A stretch of DNA of 64,000 nt from Polyangiaceae bacterium. GTDB taxonomy: Bacteria; Myxococcota_A; Polyangia; Polyangiales; Polyangiaceae. Positions 19,354 through 28,296 of the stretch are shown in pieces. The notes beneath the pieces were generated by a model. It ran no database searches, was not told where the DNA came from, and worked only from the letters and a program-made list of their open reading frames with translations. The stretch lies in assembly GCA_044376115.1 (NCBI GenBank), contig JBILLK010000012.1, forward strand, positions 64,001 to 128,000. The letters run 5' to 3'. Position 1 is the first letter of the stretch. Each line of letters starts with the position of its first letter. Made by a program: the position numbers and the translations under genes.

Positions 19354-20226
19354 TTGTCGCACGCTCAGGTGACCGCTACGCGCGGTACCGTGCTTTCTCC
19401 CACCGCAAAACTGGCCGCCCGTCACTACGGCCCGCTTTCGAGTGCCGTGGCACCTCTGCTCGAAACGCCGCGACCCCGCAGCGCGACGGAAGAAGACGCC
19501 GCTGTGCAGCTTGGCCGTCTGCTCGACTTTCGCGGCAGTGTCGAGCTCGCGGCGATCGTTGGTCGAGGCTCGAAGGAGTGGGAAGGCCCGCTGGTCGACC
19601 CAAGCCGCGCAGCCCAGCTTCGCGCCGACTTGGCCGATGATCTGGCCGAGGTTCGCGCCCAACTGACCCACGCTTTCTCGCGTTGGACGGCCCAACGTAG
19701 TCAGGTCGCCGGCCCAGAGGCTCTTGCCGCCGCCTTGGCGCCGAGGGTCTCGCTCGGCTTCGCTGAGCGTCGCACGAATACGATCGCCGAGGCCGTGTGG
19801 GGCCCTGTCGCGGAAGAGGCACTCAAGGAGCTCACGCTTGCCCGGCGCTCAGCGCGTCGCATTCGCAAAGATCTCGAACCAGCGTTGGTCGCGCTCGGGG
19901 TGCGGGCCGCGCGGCTGTGTGAACTGGACCGTGTGCTGAGCGAGGCGATTGAGCCAGCCGTACAGGCGAGGATGGAGCGCATGATCGCGGGGACGCAAGC
20001 CCACGCTGTGCGGCTGCTCACGGCGCACATCGAGAAGCTTCCTGTCGGTGATGCAAGCCAAACGGTGGCTCAGTGGCTCGCGCACATGGGCCCGATTCGC
20101 CAGGGATTGGCGGTCTTCTCGAAGGTTGTGCGCGCAGGGCTCGAGGTGGAGGAGCGGCGTATGACGGCGCTGCTCGAGGCCTCGCTCGAGTCGGAACTCC
20201 CGTCGAACGCGCTGGGCAGCGCATGA
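19354..20226 (+). CDS. Helical protein resembling DUF3348 (ZorF-like), first gene of a Zorya type III-like operon
   Basis: ATGA-coupled to the MotA-like gene. Segments QLGRLLDFRGSVELA, RLCELDRVLSEA and GLEVEERRMTALLEA resemble DUF3348 as I recall it. Start uncertain. Confidence 0.6.
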   Translation: MSHAQVTATRGTVLSPTAKLAARHYGPLSSAVAPLLETPRPRSATEEDAAVQLGRLLDFRGSVELAAIVGRGSKEWEGPLVDPSRAAQLRADLADDLAEVRAQLTHAFSRWTAQRSQVAGPEALAAALAPRVSLGFAERRTNTIAEAVWGPVAEEALKELTLARRSARRIRKDLEPALVALGVRAARLCELDRVLSEAIEPAVQARMERMIAGTQAHAVRLLTAHIEKLPVGDASQTVAQWLAHMGPIRQGLAVFSKVVRAGLEVEERRMTALLEASLESELPSNALGSA

Positions 20227-23200
20227 CCCGCGCCATCATCGCAATCGTTGGAGCGTTGGGCCTCGCCTTCGTTTGGCGCGCCGCGCAGCTGTACCAGGGC
20301 AGCGATCCGCTGGCCTACCGCATGGTCTTGCTGATCGGCGTGGGCATGCTGGCTGGGCTCGTGGAGCTGATGCTGCGCGCGACTCGCATCGCACGGCTTA
20401 CCGACGCGCTGCTGGCCCTGCCGAAAACGCCCGGCCGCGAAGACATCGAGAAGGCCAACGAGCCGTTGCGCGGGCTGCTCGAGTCGCGCCTCAACGGCAC
20501 GGCGACCAACCTCGGCAGCGCGGTCTTCACCTCGTATCTGCTCGGCCTACTGGTGATGATGGGGCTGCTCGGCACCTTCATGGGTCTGTTCGAGACGCTC
20601 GCAGGTGCGCGAGAAGCACTCACCGCCAGCGGCGATGTTACCGCCCTGCGAGAGGGCCTCGCGGCCCCGATGAAAGGTCTTTCGCGCGCCTTTGGTACGT
20701 CCGCTACCGGCGTCGCCTGCTCGGCGTTGTTAGGGCTCGGAGCCGTCTTCCTCCGTCGCGCAGAGACACGCTTCATCGGCAGTTTGGGGAGCTTGGTCTC
20801 AGGCCCGTTGTTCCCGATGACGATGGCCGGACGGCAACTCGCTGCGCTCGAGGCCTTGGCCGAGAACCGTGAAGCACTTCCTGCAGCGGCCAAAGCCATT
20901 GAGCTGGCCACCAAGCGGCTGAGCAACCTCTCGAAGGAGATTGAGCGCGGTCAGCGCGAGACGAGCAAAGAGGCAGCGGACGCATTTCGTGCGGTGAGCC
21001 AAGAAGTGGGTGCCGCATTCCTAGCAACGAGCCAACAAGCGAGTGAAGGCTTTCGCGCAGCCGCGCAGGATCTACAGGCTGAGGTCAAAGCTGGGGTCGA
21101 GAGCGCTGCCAGCGCGATCGCACCGCTGCTCGATCGGGCGGTGCTGCGAGCTGGTGAGGGCGCGGCCAAAGCGGTGGCCGAGTGGACGGCGCGACTCGAT
21201 CTCGATGCGGAAGAGCGCAAGCTGCGCGACATCGCTCAACATGAGCAGCTCGCAAAACAGGTGCAACAACTCCTGGCCACGGTTTCAAGCGAACTCGAAG
21301 CTGTTTCGACGAAGGCCGTGGCTCGCGACGAATTGAGAATGAGCGCCCTCGCGCAGCTCGCCACACAAGCTGACGCGCGCGACGCTGAACGACTCGCAGC
21401 GCTCGAGGGGCTCGCAAAACAGGCCGTCACGCGCGACGCTGAACGGCTCGCAGCGCTCGAGGCGTTGGGTCAGAAGGCCATCACGCGCGACGCTGAACGA
21501 CTCGCAGCGCTCGAGGGGCTCGCAAAACAGGCCGTCACGCGCGACGCCGAGCGGCTCGCAGCGCTCGAGGCGTTGGGTCAGAAGGCCATCACGCGCGACG
21601 CCGAGCGGCTCGCGGCGCTCGAGGCGTTGGGTCAGAAGGCCATCAGCCGAGAGGAGCAACGGCTCGTCGCCTTCGAGGAGCTCGCCAAACAAGCGCGGGA
21701 GCGTGAGGCGGAGCGGCTGGCGGCGCTGGACAAGCTCGCTGAGCAAGCCGTGGCTCGGGACAACGAACGCTTGGCAGCCTTCGAACGGCTGGCGGAGAAG
21801 TCGGACGCACGCGACGCCGAACGTCTGCGGGCCATCGCTGAGCTCGCTGACCAGGCTGAAGCGCGCGATGAAAAGCGGAATGACACAATCGAGCAGTTGG
21901 CGGTTCGTGCCGACGCGCGCGACGCTGAGCGGCTTCAAGCAATCGAACGTCAGGCAGCCGAAGCCGAAGCCCGCGAACAGGCGCGCCTCGAGGCTATCGC
22001 CGCGATCTCGGCGGATGCGGCCGTTCGAGACGCCGAGCGGCTCGCTGCCTTGGAGGAGCTTGCCGCGCAGGCCGTCGCGCGAGATGCGCAGCGGGCGATG
22101 CTGTTCGAACAGTTGAGCGCCCGAGCCGACGAGCGGCAGCAGTCGCTGCTCGCGACGGTCTTGGCGGTCAGTGACAAGACGCTCGAGCAGGACCAGCAAC
22201 GCCTTTCGGCGATCGAAGCGCTGGCCGAAAAGATCGGGGCGAGAGACGCCGAGCGGCTGATGACGCTGGTTGATCTTGGTGCGCGCGCCCATGAGCGAGA
22301 CGCCGAACGGCTAGCGGCGCTCGAGGCCGTTGCGGACAAGGTGACGAGCCAACGAGCCGACCTCATCGCCTTGCTCTCCGAGCACGCCGAACGCGTAGCA
22401 GCGTTGGGTGCAGCAGAAGAACAACGAGCCGCAGCGCGTATCGACGCGGAAGCACTACGCGAACAACGCGTGGCGCAGCTCGGCGAGCGGCTCGAAGGCA
22501 TCGCTCGCAGCATCGATGCCCGCGCTGAAGTCGTGATTCACGCGCTCGAACAACAGCTCCAAAACAGCGTGGAGCGTGCAGCCAACTCCATGGGCCCGCT
22601 ACTCGATCGCACCGTCGAGCAAGCAGCAAAGGCCGCTGCCACCCAGGTGGATCGCTTCACGGAGCGGCTCGAGCTCGAGGCCGAGCTTCGGCTCGAGGAA
22701 GCGCAAAAACGCTCGGCCATCCTCGAGGCCAGCGCCCGTGAAGGCATTCAGCAGGTCACACGGGAAATTGCGAATTCAGCTGAGCAGGCCAACGAGCGGG
22801 ACCTCCTGCGGCTCGCCGCGATCGAAGCGGCGTCACTGCGGCTAGAAGAGCGTGCAACCTCGGCGGCGCGCGCAGCCGAGGCCATTCCCGACGTGGTCAG
22901 TCGCTTCCTCAGCGCCGAGGAGCAACGCCTGCGCGATCGCGATGTGAGTGACGAGCAGCGGGACGAGCGGCTGGAAGGTCTGATCGCTCGCATCGAACGG
23001 ATGGCGGATGCGCTCGAGCAACGTGCGAGCGAGCACAATGATCGAGCGATCGAACTCGAGGCCAAGCTCGACCGTGAACGTGTGCAATCAGCGGTGCTCT
23101 TGGTCGAGAAATTGTCGGTGCACGCCGCGAGCTTCGGCCAGGGTTTGGATGCCACCGCCAGCCTGGTGCGGGACGCAGCCGAGAGCGTGCGCTCCGGTGG

Positions 23201-23507
23201 GACTGAACTCACGGCCGTCGCCGAGATGTTCACCGGCGCCGTGGATCGCTATCGCGACGCCAATGAGCGCTGGCTCGACAGCCTCACGACGATCGAAGGC
23301 GCGCTCGACAAGAAAGGCGGCGGGGAGGCTCTCGACCTACTGGGCGCCTACCTCGATCAGACGCGCGAAGTGTTCGACCACTCGCTCGCCTTTCAACGCG
23401 AGCTCTTCGCCGAACTGCGCGCGCTGCGAGCCGCTCCGCGCACCACGGCGGCCCCGCGCACCATCCCACCGCTTCGCCAACCTGACACCGAGAAGGGCTC
23501 GCAGTGA
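20223..23507 (+). CDS. MotA/TolQ/ExbB-type ion-channel subunit with a very long coiled-coil tail (ZorA/DUF802-like), 1094 aa
   Basis: Four N-terminal hydrophobic segments with GLLGTFMGL and AFGTSATG motifs, then ~915 aa of helical repeat sequence. Start at ATG 20223 overlapping the upstream TGA. Confidence 0.85.
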   Translation: MTRAIIAIVGALGLAFVWRAAQLYQGSDPLAYRMVLLIGVGMLAGLVELMLRATRIARLTDALLALPKTPGREDIEKANEPLRGLLESRLNGTATNLGSAVFTSYLLGLLVMMGLLGTFMGLFETLAGAREALTASGDVTALREGLAAPMKGLSRAFGTSATGVACSALLGLGAVFLRRAETRFIGSLGSLVSGPLFPMTMAGRQLAALEALAENREALPAAAKAIELATKRLSNLSKEIERGQRETSKEAADAFRAVSQEVGAAFLATSQQASEGFRAAAQDLQAEVKAGVESAASAIAPLLDRAVLRAGEGAAKAVAEWTARLDLDAEERKLRDIAQHEQLAKQVQQLLATVSSELEAVSTKAVARDELRMSALAQLATQADARDAERLAALEGLAKQAVTRDAERLAALEALGQKAITRDAERLAALEGLAKQAVTRDAERLAALEALGQKAITRDAERLAALEALGQKAISREEQRLVAFEELAKQAREREAERLAALDKLAEQAVARDNERLAAFERLAEKSDARDAERLRAIAELADQAEARDEKRNDTIEQLAVRADARDAERLQAIERQAAEAEAREQARLEAIAAISADAAVRDAERLAALEELAAQAVARDAQRAMLFEQLSARADERQQSLLATVLAVSDKTLEQDQQRLSAIEALAEKIGARDAERLMTLVDLGARAHERDAERLAALEAVADKVTSQRADLIALLSEHAERVAALGAAEEQRAAARIDAEALREQRVAQLGERLEGIARSIDARAEVVIHALEQQLQNSVERAANSMGPLLDRTVEQAAKAAATQVDRFTERLELEAELRLEEAQKRSAILEASAREGIQQVTREIANSAEQANERDLLRLAAIEAASLRLEERATSAARAAEAIPDVVSRFLSAEEQRLRDRDVSDEQRDERLEGLIARIERMADALEQRASEHNDRAIELEAKLDRERVQSAVLLVEKLSVHAASFGQGLDATASLVRDAAESVRSGGTELTAVAEMFTGAVDRYRDANERWLDSLTTIEGALDKKGGGEALDLLGAYLDQTREVFDHSLAFQRELFAELRALRAAPRTTAAPRTIPPLRQPDTEKGSQ
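21324..22349 (+). repeat. 19 tandem 54-bp (18-aa) repeats, consensus RDAERLAALExLAxxAxA; five units at 21378-21647 are near-identical at DNA level (pattern A-B-A-B-B)
   Basis: Unit starts at 21378, 21432, 21486, 21540, 21594, 21648 and on to 22296, all in a 54-bp phase. Confidence 0.92.
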
Positions 23508-24145
23508 ACGACTCGCCCGAAGAGCCGATCGAGTCGATCCCCTACTGGCCCGCCTTCGGCGATCTGATGGCGTGCGTATTCGGGCTGTTCGTCATGTTCT
23601 TCGTTTGGTCGATCGCCTTTCAGGTCGACCTGACGAAGGACCTTCATGAAGAGCGCGAGAAGCGTGAAGAGGAATCGTCGCGGCTCGCAGCGCTCGAGAG
23701 CGCCATGGCCGGGCCGCTCGCCGAGGGCCGAGTCACGCTCGTCGACGGGAAGATCGGCATTCGTGGCAGCGTGCTGTTCGATCTCAACTCGGCCGAACTT
23801 CGCCCCGAAGGGCTCGAGCTGATCCGCAGCCTCGCCGAGCCGCTGCGCAGCTACCTCAAGGCACACGACGAGGCCATCATGGTCTCGGGCTTCACCGACA
23901 GCTCGCCGATGATTCCGCGTCCCAACGGCATCAAAGACAACTGGGAGCTGTCATCGCAGCGTGCGCTCACGGTCACCCGTGCACTCACTGCCGCCGGTGT
24001 CCCGGCCGAGGCCATCTTTGCAGCGGGCTTCGGCGACACCCATCCCGTTGCACCGAACGATACGCCCGAAAACCGCGCCAAAAATCGCCGCGTTGAGATC
24101 TCCCCCATCCCGCGCGAGAAGCCCAGCAATCAGGCCAAGCCGTGA
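23504..24145 (+). CDS. MotB/OmpA-domain protein (ZorB-like)
   Basis: Single TM with the conserved Asp (WPAFGDLM). The OmpA-like domain has VLFDLNSAEL, GFTD, NWELSSQRA and NRAKNRRVEI. GTGA overlaps at both ends. Confidence 0.92.
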   Translation: MNDSPEEPIESIPYWPAFGDLMACVFGLFVMFFVWSIAFQVDLTKDLHEEREKREEESSRLAALESAMAGPLAEGRVTLVDGKIGIRGSVLFDLNSAELRPEGLELIRSLAEPLRSYLKAHDEAIMVSGFTDSSPMIPRPNGIKDNWELSSQRALTVTRALTAAGVPAEAIFAAGFGDTHPVAPNDTPENRAKNRRVEISPIPREKPSNQAKP

Positions 24146-24870
24146 ACGCGCCGGACGAGGGAGGGCTCTCGCCTGCCGATCGCTTGCGCTCCCTTTGCGA
24201 GCGCGGCGCCGAGGCATTCGACCCAGAGGGCTACCGCCTTGCTGCCCGCCTTGTCGACGCCCAACTCGAAGCGCGCGCCCTGCTCCGGATCGAGAAGTTG
24301 GAGCAAGAGCTGGAGCAAACAAAGCTGCGGATCGAGGAGCAGCTCGGGCTTCTGCGCGAGCGAGGCGTAGAGCTCGGAGACGCTGTCGCACAGGCGCAAC
24401 AAAGCGGGGACCTACGCACAACCCTGCGCCTTTTGCTGCGACTCGCGGCCGGTCGCGTCGAAGAACCGCGGTCGAGTTCGCGTTGGGCGGCGATGCTGGC
24501 TGCCCGCGCGCAAAAACGCGCCGTGCGCTTGCCGGAAGAGCTGGCCTTTCGAGTGGACCGGCTGACCCAAGCGCCGGAAGCGCCGGTTCCCCAAGCGAGC
24601 GAACTTGCGCACGCACTCTCGCACGCGATGTTCGTCGACTCGATCGCGAGCTCACGGGCCACCCTCGCCATCGCTCGTGCGAGCGACAACGTCCCGGAGG
24701 ACTCCGGCCCATACAACCCACAGGTGATTGCAGCCCGCGCCCTCGCAGAGCTAGCCGAGCTATCACCGAGCTACGCGCAGGCATTTGTCTCTGGGCTCGA
24801 TGATCTCGCTTCGCTCGAAGGCATTCCACTACCCAGCCGCAACAAGCAATCGGGGCGGCGGCGCCAATAG
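24142..24870 (+). CDS. DUF2894-like protein (ZorG-like)
   Basis: C-terminal VPEDSGPYNPQVIAARALAELAELSPSYAQAF matches the PxNAGPLN..LSPxY pattern I recall for DUF2894. GTGA-coupled to the MotB-like gene. Confidence 0.75.
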   Translation: MNAPDEGGLSPADRLRSLCERGAEAFDPEGYRLAARLVDAQLEARALLRIEKLEQELEQTKLRIEEQLGLLRERGVELGDAVAQAQQSGDLRTTLRLLLRLAAGRVEEPRSSSRWAAMLAARAQKRAVRLPEELAFRVDRLTQAPEAPVPQASELAHALSHAMFVDSIASSRATLAIARASDNVPEDSGPYNPQVIAARALAELAELSPSYAQAFVSGLDDLASLEGIPLPSRNKQSGRRRQ

Positions 24871-24878
24871 GCGAGCGG

Positions 24879-25931
24879 CTACTGCGCGGCGGCCACCTCG
24901 ATCACCGCCACGCCCGCCGCTCCGCCGACGATTACACGCGCGTCCTGCACGAGCACCCGTGAGAAGCTCCACGTCGGGTCGCCCACGCGCGTCGCCTGCG
25001 CCCCCTCGAGGTGCGCAACACCGCCCTTACCGACAACAATACGGCCAAGCTCGCTCTGCACGACGTCCTCGGGCCGCTCAATCGGCGAGGGCGCACTGCT
25101 CCACGTTTTACCGTCATACGCGTGAATCAGGTTGTTTGCCGGCTCCACCACCACCATCGATTCATCCGGCCCCACCCAGAACCCAGTCGCGGGTGTCTTC
25201 CATGGAGCCTCTGGTCCAACGCGCTCAAACCGCTTATCGCCAGCGCGAAGTACGCCCTCCTCCGTAAGCGCATAGCCTCGACCGGAGAAAGCACGCACCA
25301 CAGCAGTCGCCGGAATGGAGGCAGGCAGCTCTTTCCAACCCTTGCGGCTCTTCAGCAGGCAGATACCTCCTACTTTGCAAACCACCTCCGGGTCATCTTC
25401 ACCCAATACGCCATAGAGCGCGGCTCGGTCCCCGGCCAGGGCACCAATCTCTGAACGCTGATCTTGCCAGGCGCCATCGCGATAGCGCAGATAGACCATT
25501 GTATCGCCCTCGCGGTGATAGCCCATTAAACGGGGTCGATTGTCGCGTCCAAAGTAGAGCCCAAGCGATAGTGCTTTCGCGGCGCCACGATGCTTGGCGG
25601 GCAACCCGAGCGCTTGCCACTTTCCGCCCTCAAAACGGTACGGCGTAGCAATTCCCTCCTCTTCGACAAGAGCGCCCAATCGGCCATCCTCGCCGTCGAT
25701 GAGAAAGTAAACCGGCTTATCCAAGAGCCGCCTGGCGCTCAGTCGACTGCTCGGTGCAAGCACGGCTCTAGCCTCCGCCGGCGCGGGTTCGACGGGCGTA
25801 ACCGGCGCGGGCCCCGAAGCCTCCACAGAGCTCGTTGACGCAGTGGCTACGGCGGCCGCGGAGCGAACAACCTCGGCCTGGACAGGCCCAGCCGAAGGCT
25901 CGGCCGCACAACCGACTACCATTGCCGACAT
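24879..25931 (-). CDS. Hypothetical exported beta-rich protein (possible lipoprotein or beta-propeller)
   Basis: Long ORF with repeated Y/F-x-G-x-x-W units (RFEGGKWQ, RYRDGAWQ, AYDGKTWS). Start uncertain; ATG 25931 avoids overlap with the divergent gene. Confidence 0.62.
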   Translation of the reverse strand: MSAMVVGCAAEPSAGPVQAEVVRSAAAVATASTSSVEASGPAPVTPVEPAPAEARAVLAPSSRLSARRLLDKPVYFLIDGEDGRLGALVEEEGIATPYRFEGGKWQALGLPAKHRGAAKALSLGLYFGRDNRPRLMGYHREGDTMVYLRYRDGAWQDQRSEIGALAGDRAALYGVLGEDDPEVVCKVGGICLLKSRKGWKELPASIPATAVVRAFSGRGYALTEEGVLRAGDKRFERVGPEAPWKTPATGFWVGPDESMVVVEPANNLIHAYDGKTWSSAPSPIERPEDVVQSELGRIVVGKGGVAHLEGAQATRVGDPTWSFSRVLVQDARVIVGGAAGVAVIEVAAAQ

Positions 25932-25988
25932 AGTGAATATTACTCGGGTATTTTGGCCCAAGTTGATGAGCCATGGCACCCCAAGCTC

Positions 25989-26444
25989 ATGCTCTGGCAA
26001 TCGGCTTTCGTTGCGGCGCTGCTTTCTCTCGCGGGTCATGTGGGCGGCAAGGTACACGCGAGGCTGGCCGCCGTGGAGAGCCGCGTCGAAACCGCCAAGC
26101 TCGCGACACCCGACCCCAAATCAACGTTGCGGATCGAGTTGGAGCAAGAGCTCGTGAAGATCGATTGGACCGCCGAAAAGGTGAATCGCCCGTTCGAACT
26201 GGTCGCCGTGCTTTCCGACGCTGAGTCCAGCACCGGGAAGAATGGCGCACACGCCTCGTGCACGATTCAGCTGCTCATGCGCGAACCGGGTGGAGCGTTG
26301 CTCGGTCGGGTGACCGGTCGCGCCTCAGGCGAAGATCGCGAGGGCAGCCGCTTGAGCCTCGAGGCCGGGGTGTTCGAGGCAGCCTCGCGCAGCGCCGCCA
26401 GCGCGCTCCCCGAAGCGCTCCGTCGGTCACGCAAAGCTCGGTGA
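25989..26444 (+). CDS. Hypothetical secreted protein
   Basis: Signal-peptide-like MLWQSAFVAALLSLAG; fills the gap between flanking genes. Confidence 0.6.
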   Translation: MLWQSAFVAALLSLAGHVGGKVHARLAAVESRVETAKLATPDPKSTLRIELEQELVKIDWTAEKVNRPFELVAVLSDAESSTGKNGAHASCTIQLLMREPGGALLGRVTGRASGEDREGSRLSLEAGVFEAASRSAASALPEALRRSRKAR

Positions 26445-26452
26445 AACGGGCG

Positions 26453-27712
26453 CTAAGCCGAGAGGAGGTGCTCGAGCTTTCGGCGAGCAGCTAGCCCCAC
26501 CGCAGCGTTGATCGCCTCGCTCTTCGACTGGGAGAGCTGGCCCCAAGGCGCGGCTTTATCGTCCAACGCACGGCTAAACACGACCGGCTCGGCTCGATAG
26601 TCGGCGACGGCGTCTCGCACCGAGCTTCCGCCCGCTTGCAGCGCAAAACGCAGCACCTCCCAGCCAAGTTTCGCGTGGCGTGCTTCATCCCGTGCAACGC
26701 CGCCGAGCACGTGGCGTACAGCTTGATAGCGGGCCCCACGTGCGGCTTCGGCCGCGCGCGAACTGGCTCCGCCCTCGTTGAGGCAGCCGTCGAGCCAACT
26801 CTCGATCGCCAGCCGAGTTAGACCGTCCTCACGGCCGAGCAGCTGCCGGCGCGGGGTAACCGGTATACGCGGCACAACCAGCGCGCCACAAAGTTGGGAC
26901 GCAATAGCGGCGCAGCTCTGCGCATGCCGAATCTCGTCCTCTGCAGCGTCGAGCGCTGCGTCGACCAGCGCCATTGGCGCACCGAGCTGCAGTAGCTCCT
27001 GGGCGAGCAGTAGGAACGCTGGAACGGACGCAGCCTCGGCCTGTGCGTCTTCCGCCCAAGCGCGGGCGACGACCTCATCCACATTGGATGGGGAGGCAGC
27101 GTACGGCTCAGAAACGCATGCCTGACCTGGATCGACGAGTTGCCCGGCCGCGCGCAGAGGGCGGCCAATGACGCAGGTATCCTGACTCATGCCGAAGCGG
27201 CCTGGCAACACAACGCCGCCACCAACCGAATACTCATCAAGCAGCCATTCGGCGCGAATAAAGTTGGTCCACGCACTGACGGGCGTAAACGGTATATCGA
27301 CGTTGAGGGCGGTGTGGATGCCAACGCCAAGCTCTTCGTTAACGTGCAGCGCGACTCCGGCCTCACCGTCGATGACGGGTGCTGCATCGCCGTCTACCAC
27401 GTTGGCCCCACCGTGAACTGCGGCGACAGCCCGGAAGGTATCCCCGTCAATGCCGCCGAGCTGAGTGGTGAAGCCAAGTCCACCACGTTGACCGCTACCG
27501 CACGAGTCTGCGCCTTCAAGCAGGTAGCTGAAGCCACCCTCAAAGCCCCAGCCCACGCCGAACCTCTCACCAAAGACGAAGGAGACATAGGTTCCGGCCG
27601 ACCCGACGAACTCTTGAGCCTGCGCTTGCTGCGGGAAAATAGCCGTGGCCAGAGCGCCTAGAGCTGCAAGCCGCCGAACGCGCGAACGAACAGTTAAGGA
27701 AGGAAGCTGCAT
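26453..27712 (-). CDS. Signal-peptide protein with a Gly/aromatic beta-rich N-terminal half and a C-terminal ferritin-like di-iron domain
   Basis: AQAQ cleavage site, EAASVPAF, two DExRH motifs (DEIRHA, DEARHA) and GCLNE. Confidence 0.8.
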   Translation of the reverse strand: MQLPSLTVRSRVRRLAALGALATAIFPQQAQAQEFVGSAGTYVSFVFGERFGVGWGFEGGFSYLLEGADSCGSGQRGGLGFTTQLGGIDGDTFRAVAAVHGGANVVDGDAAPVIDGEAGVALHVNEELGVGIHTALNVDIPFTPVSAWTNFIRAEWLLDEYSVGGGVVLPGRFGMSQDTCVIGRPLRAAGQLVDPGQACVSEPYAASPSNVDEVVARAWAEDAQAEAASVPAFLLLAQELLQLGAPMALVDAALDAAEDEIRHAQSCAAIASQLCGALVVPRIPVTPRRQLLGREDGLTRLAIESWLDGCLNEGGASSRAAEAARGARYQAVRHVLGGVARDEARHAKLGWEVLRFALQAGGSSVRDAVADYRAEPVVFSRALDDKAAPWGQLSQSKSEAINAAVGLAARRKLEHLLSA

Positions 27713-27854
27713 GAGTCCTTACAGAGCAAATGCTGAGCCACTACATTGGAGCCGCTAACCAAAGGAATGGGGCTAGTTCCATTGCAATGCGCAACGCCAG
27801 CGGGAGCCCTTGGCACAGCTTGCGCCGCGAGCCGCTCCCAATGCCATAGGCCAG

Positions 27855-28241
27855 TTACGGACTATTGTTGGCGCGGAGCCGGCGAACAATACGCTCCTCG
27901 AGCGCAGTCGCTTCAATGCCTAGCGTGGCTGCCGACGCTAAGAGCAGCGCATGCTCCTCAGGCTGCACCACGCCATCCACCACAGCGCCTTCAACCAAGA
28001 GCGCCATCACCCGCGCCTGGGTATCCGAAGGAAGCGCACGCAACGTCGAGGTAGCCCGGCCAGGATCGATCGACACCGGCTCCCGATCCACACTGGCCAC
28101 TCCGAGCCGCTCGAGCACCCGTCGCAAGAACTCACGCTCTTCCTCGGTGACGACACCATCGGCAGCGATGACGTTCTCAATCAGACCAGCAATCTTGTGA
28201 CGCTCCTCGAGTTCCACGCGAGCGAGCATAGCCGACTCCAA
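27855..28241 (-). CDS. TerB-like protein
   Basis: Duplicated ADGVVTEEERE and VDGVVQPEEHA motifs. Confidence 0.82.
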   Translation of the reverse strand: MESAMLARVELEERHKIAGLIENVIAADGVVTEEEREFLRRVLERLGVASVDREPVSIDPGRATSTLRALPSDTQARVMALLVEGAVVDGVVQPEEHALLLASAATLGIEATALEERIVRRLRANNSP

Positions 28242-28296
28242 GCGAGAACCGACTTAGGAATGACGGCTGACCAACCCTCGGTTCGATGGGAGGCGT

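Noticed and set aside
20073..20222. N-terminal extension of the MotA-like ORF
   Set aside because: It overlaps the upstream gene; ATG 20223 gives typical translational coupling.
21378..21647. Near-identical direct repeats as a possible CRISPR array
   Set aside because: The units are contiguous in-frame coding repeats with no unique spacers, and no cas genes are present.
19354..24870. Flagellar stator, TolQR/ExbBD or Agl gliding motor
   Set aside because: No flagellar, tol or tonB partners are adjacent, and the long tail and DUF2894-like gene fit Zorya better. Not fully excluded without a phylogeny.
27783..27826. Possible sigma-54 promoters near the ferritin-like gene
   Set aside because: The minus-strand candidate has GG-N11-GC spacing, and the plus-strand one has a poor -12 box and no downstream gene.
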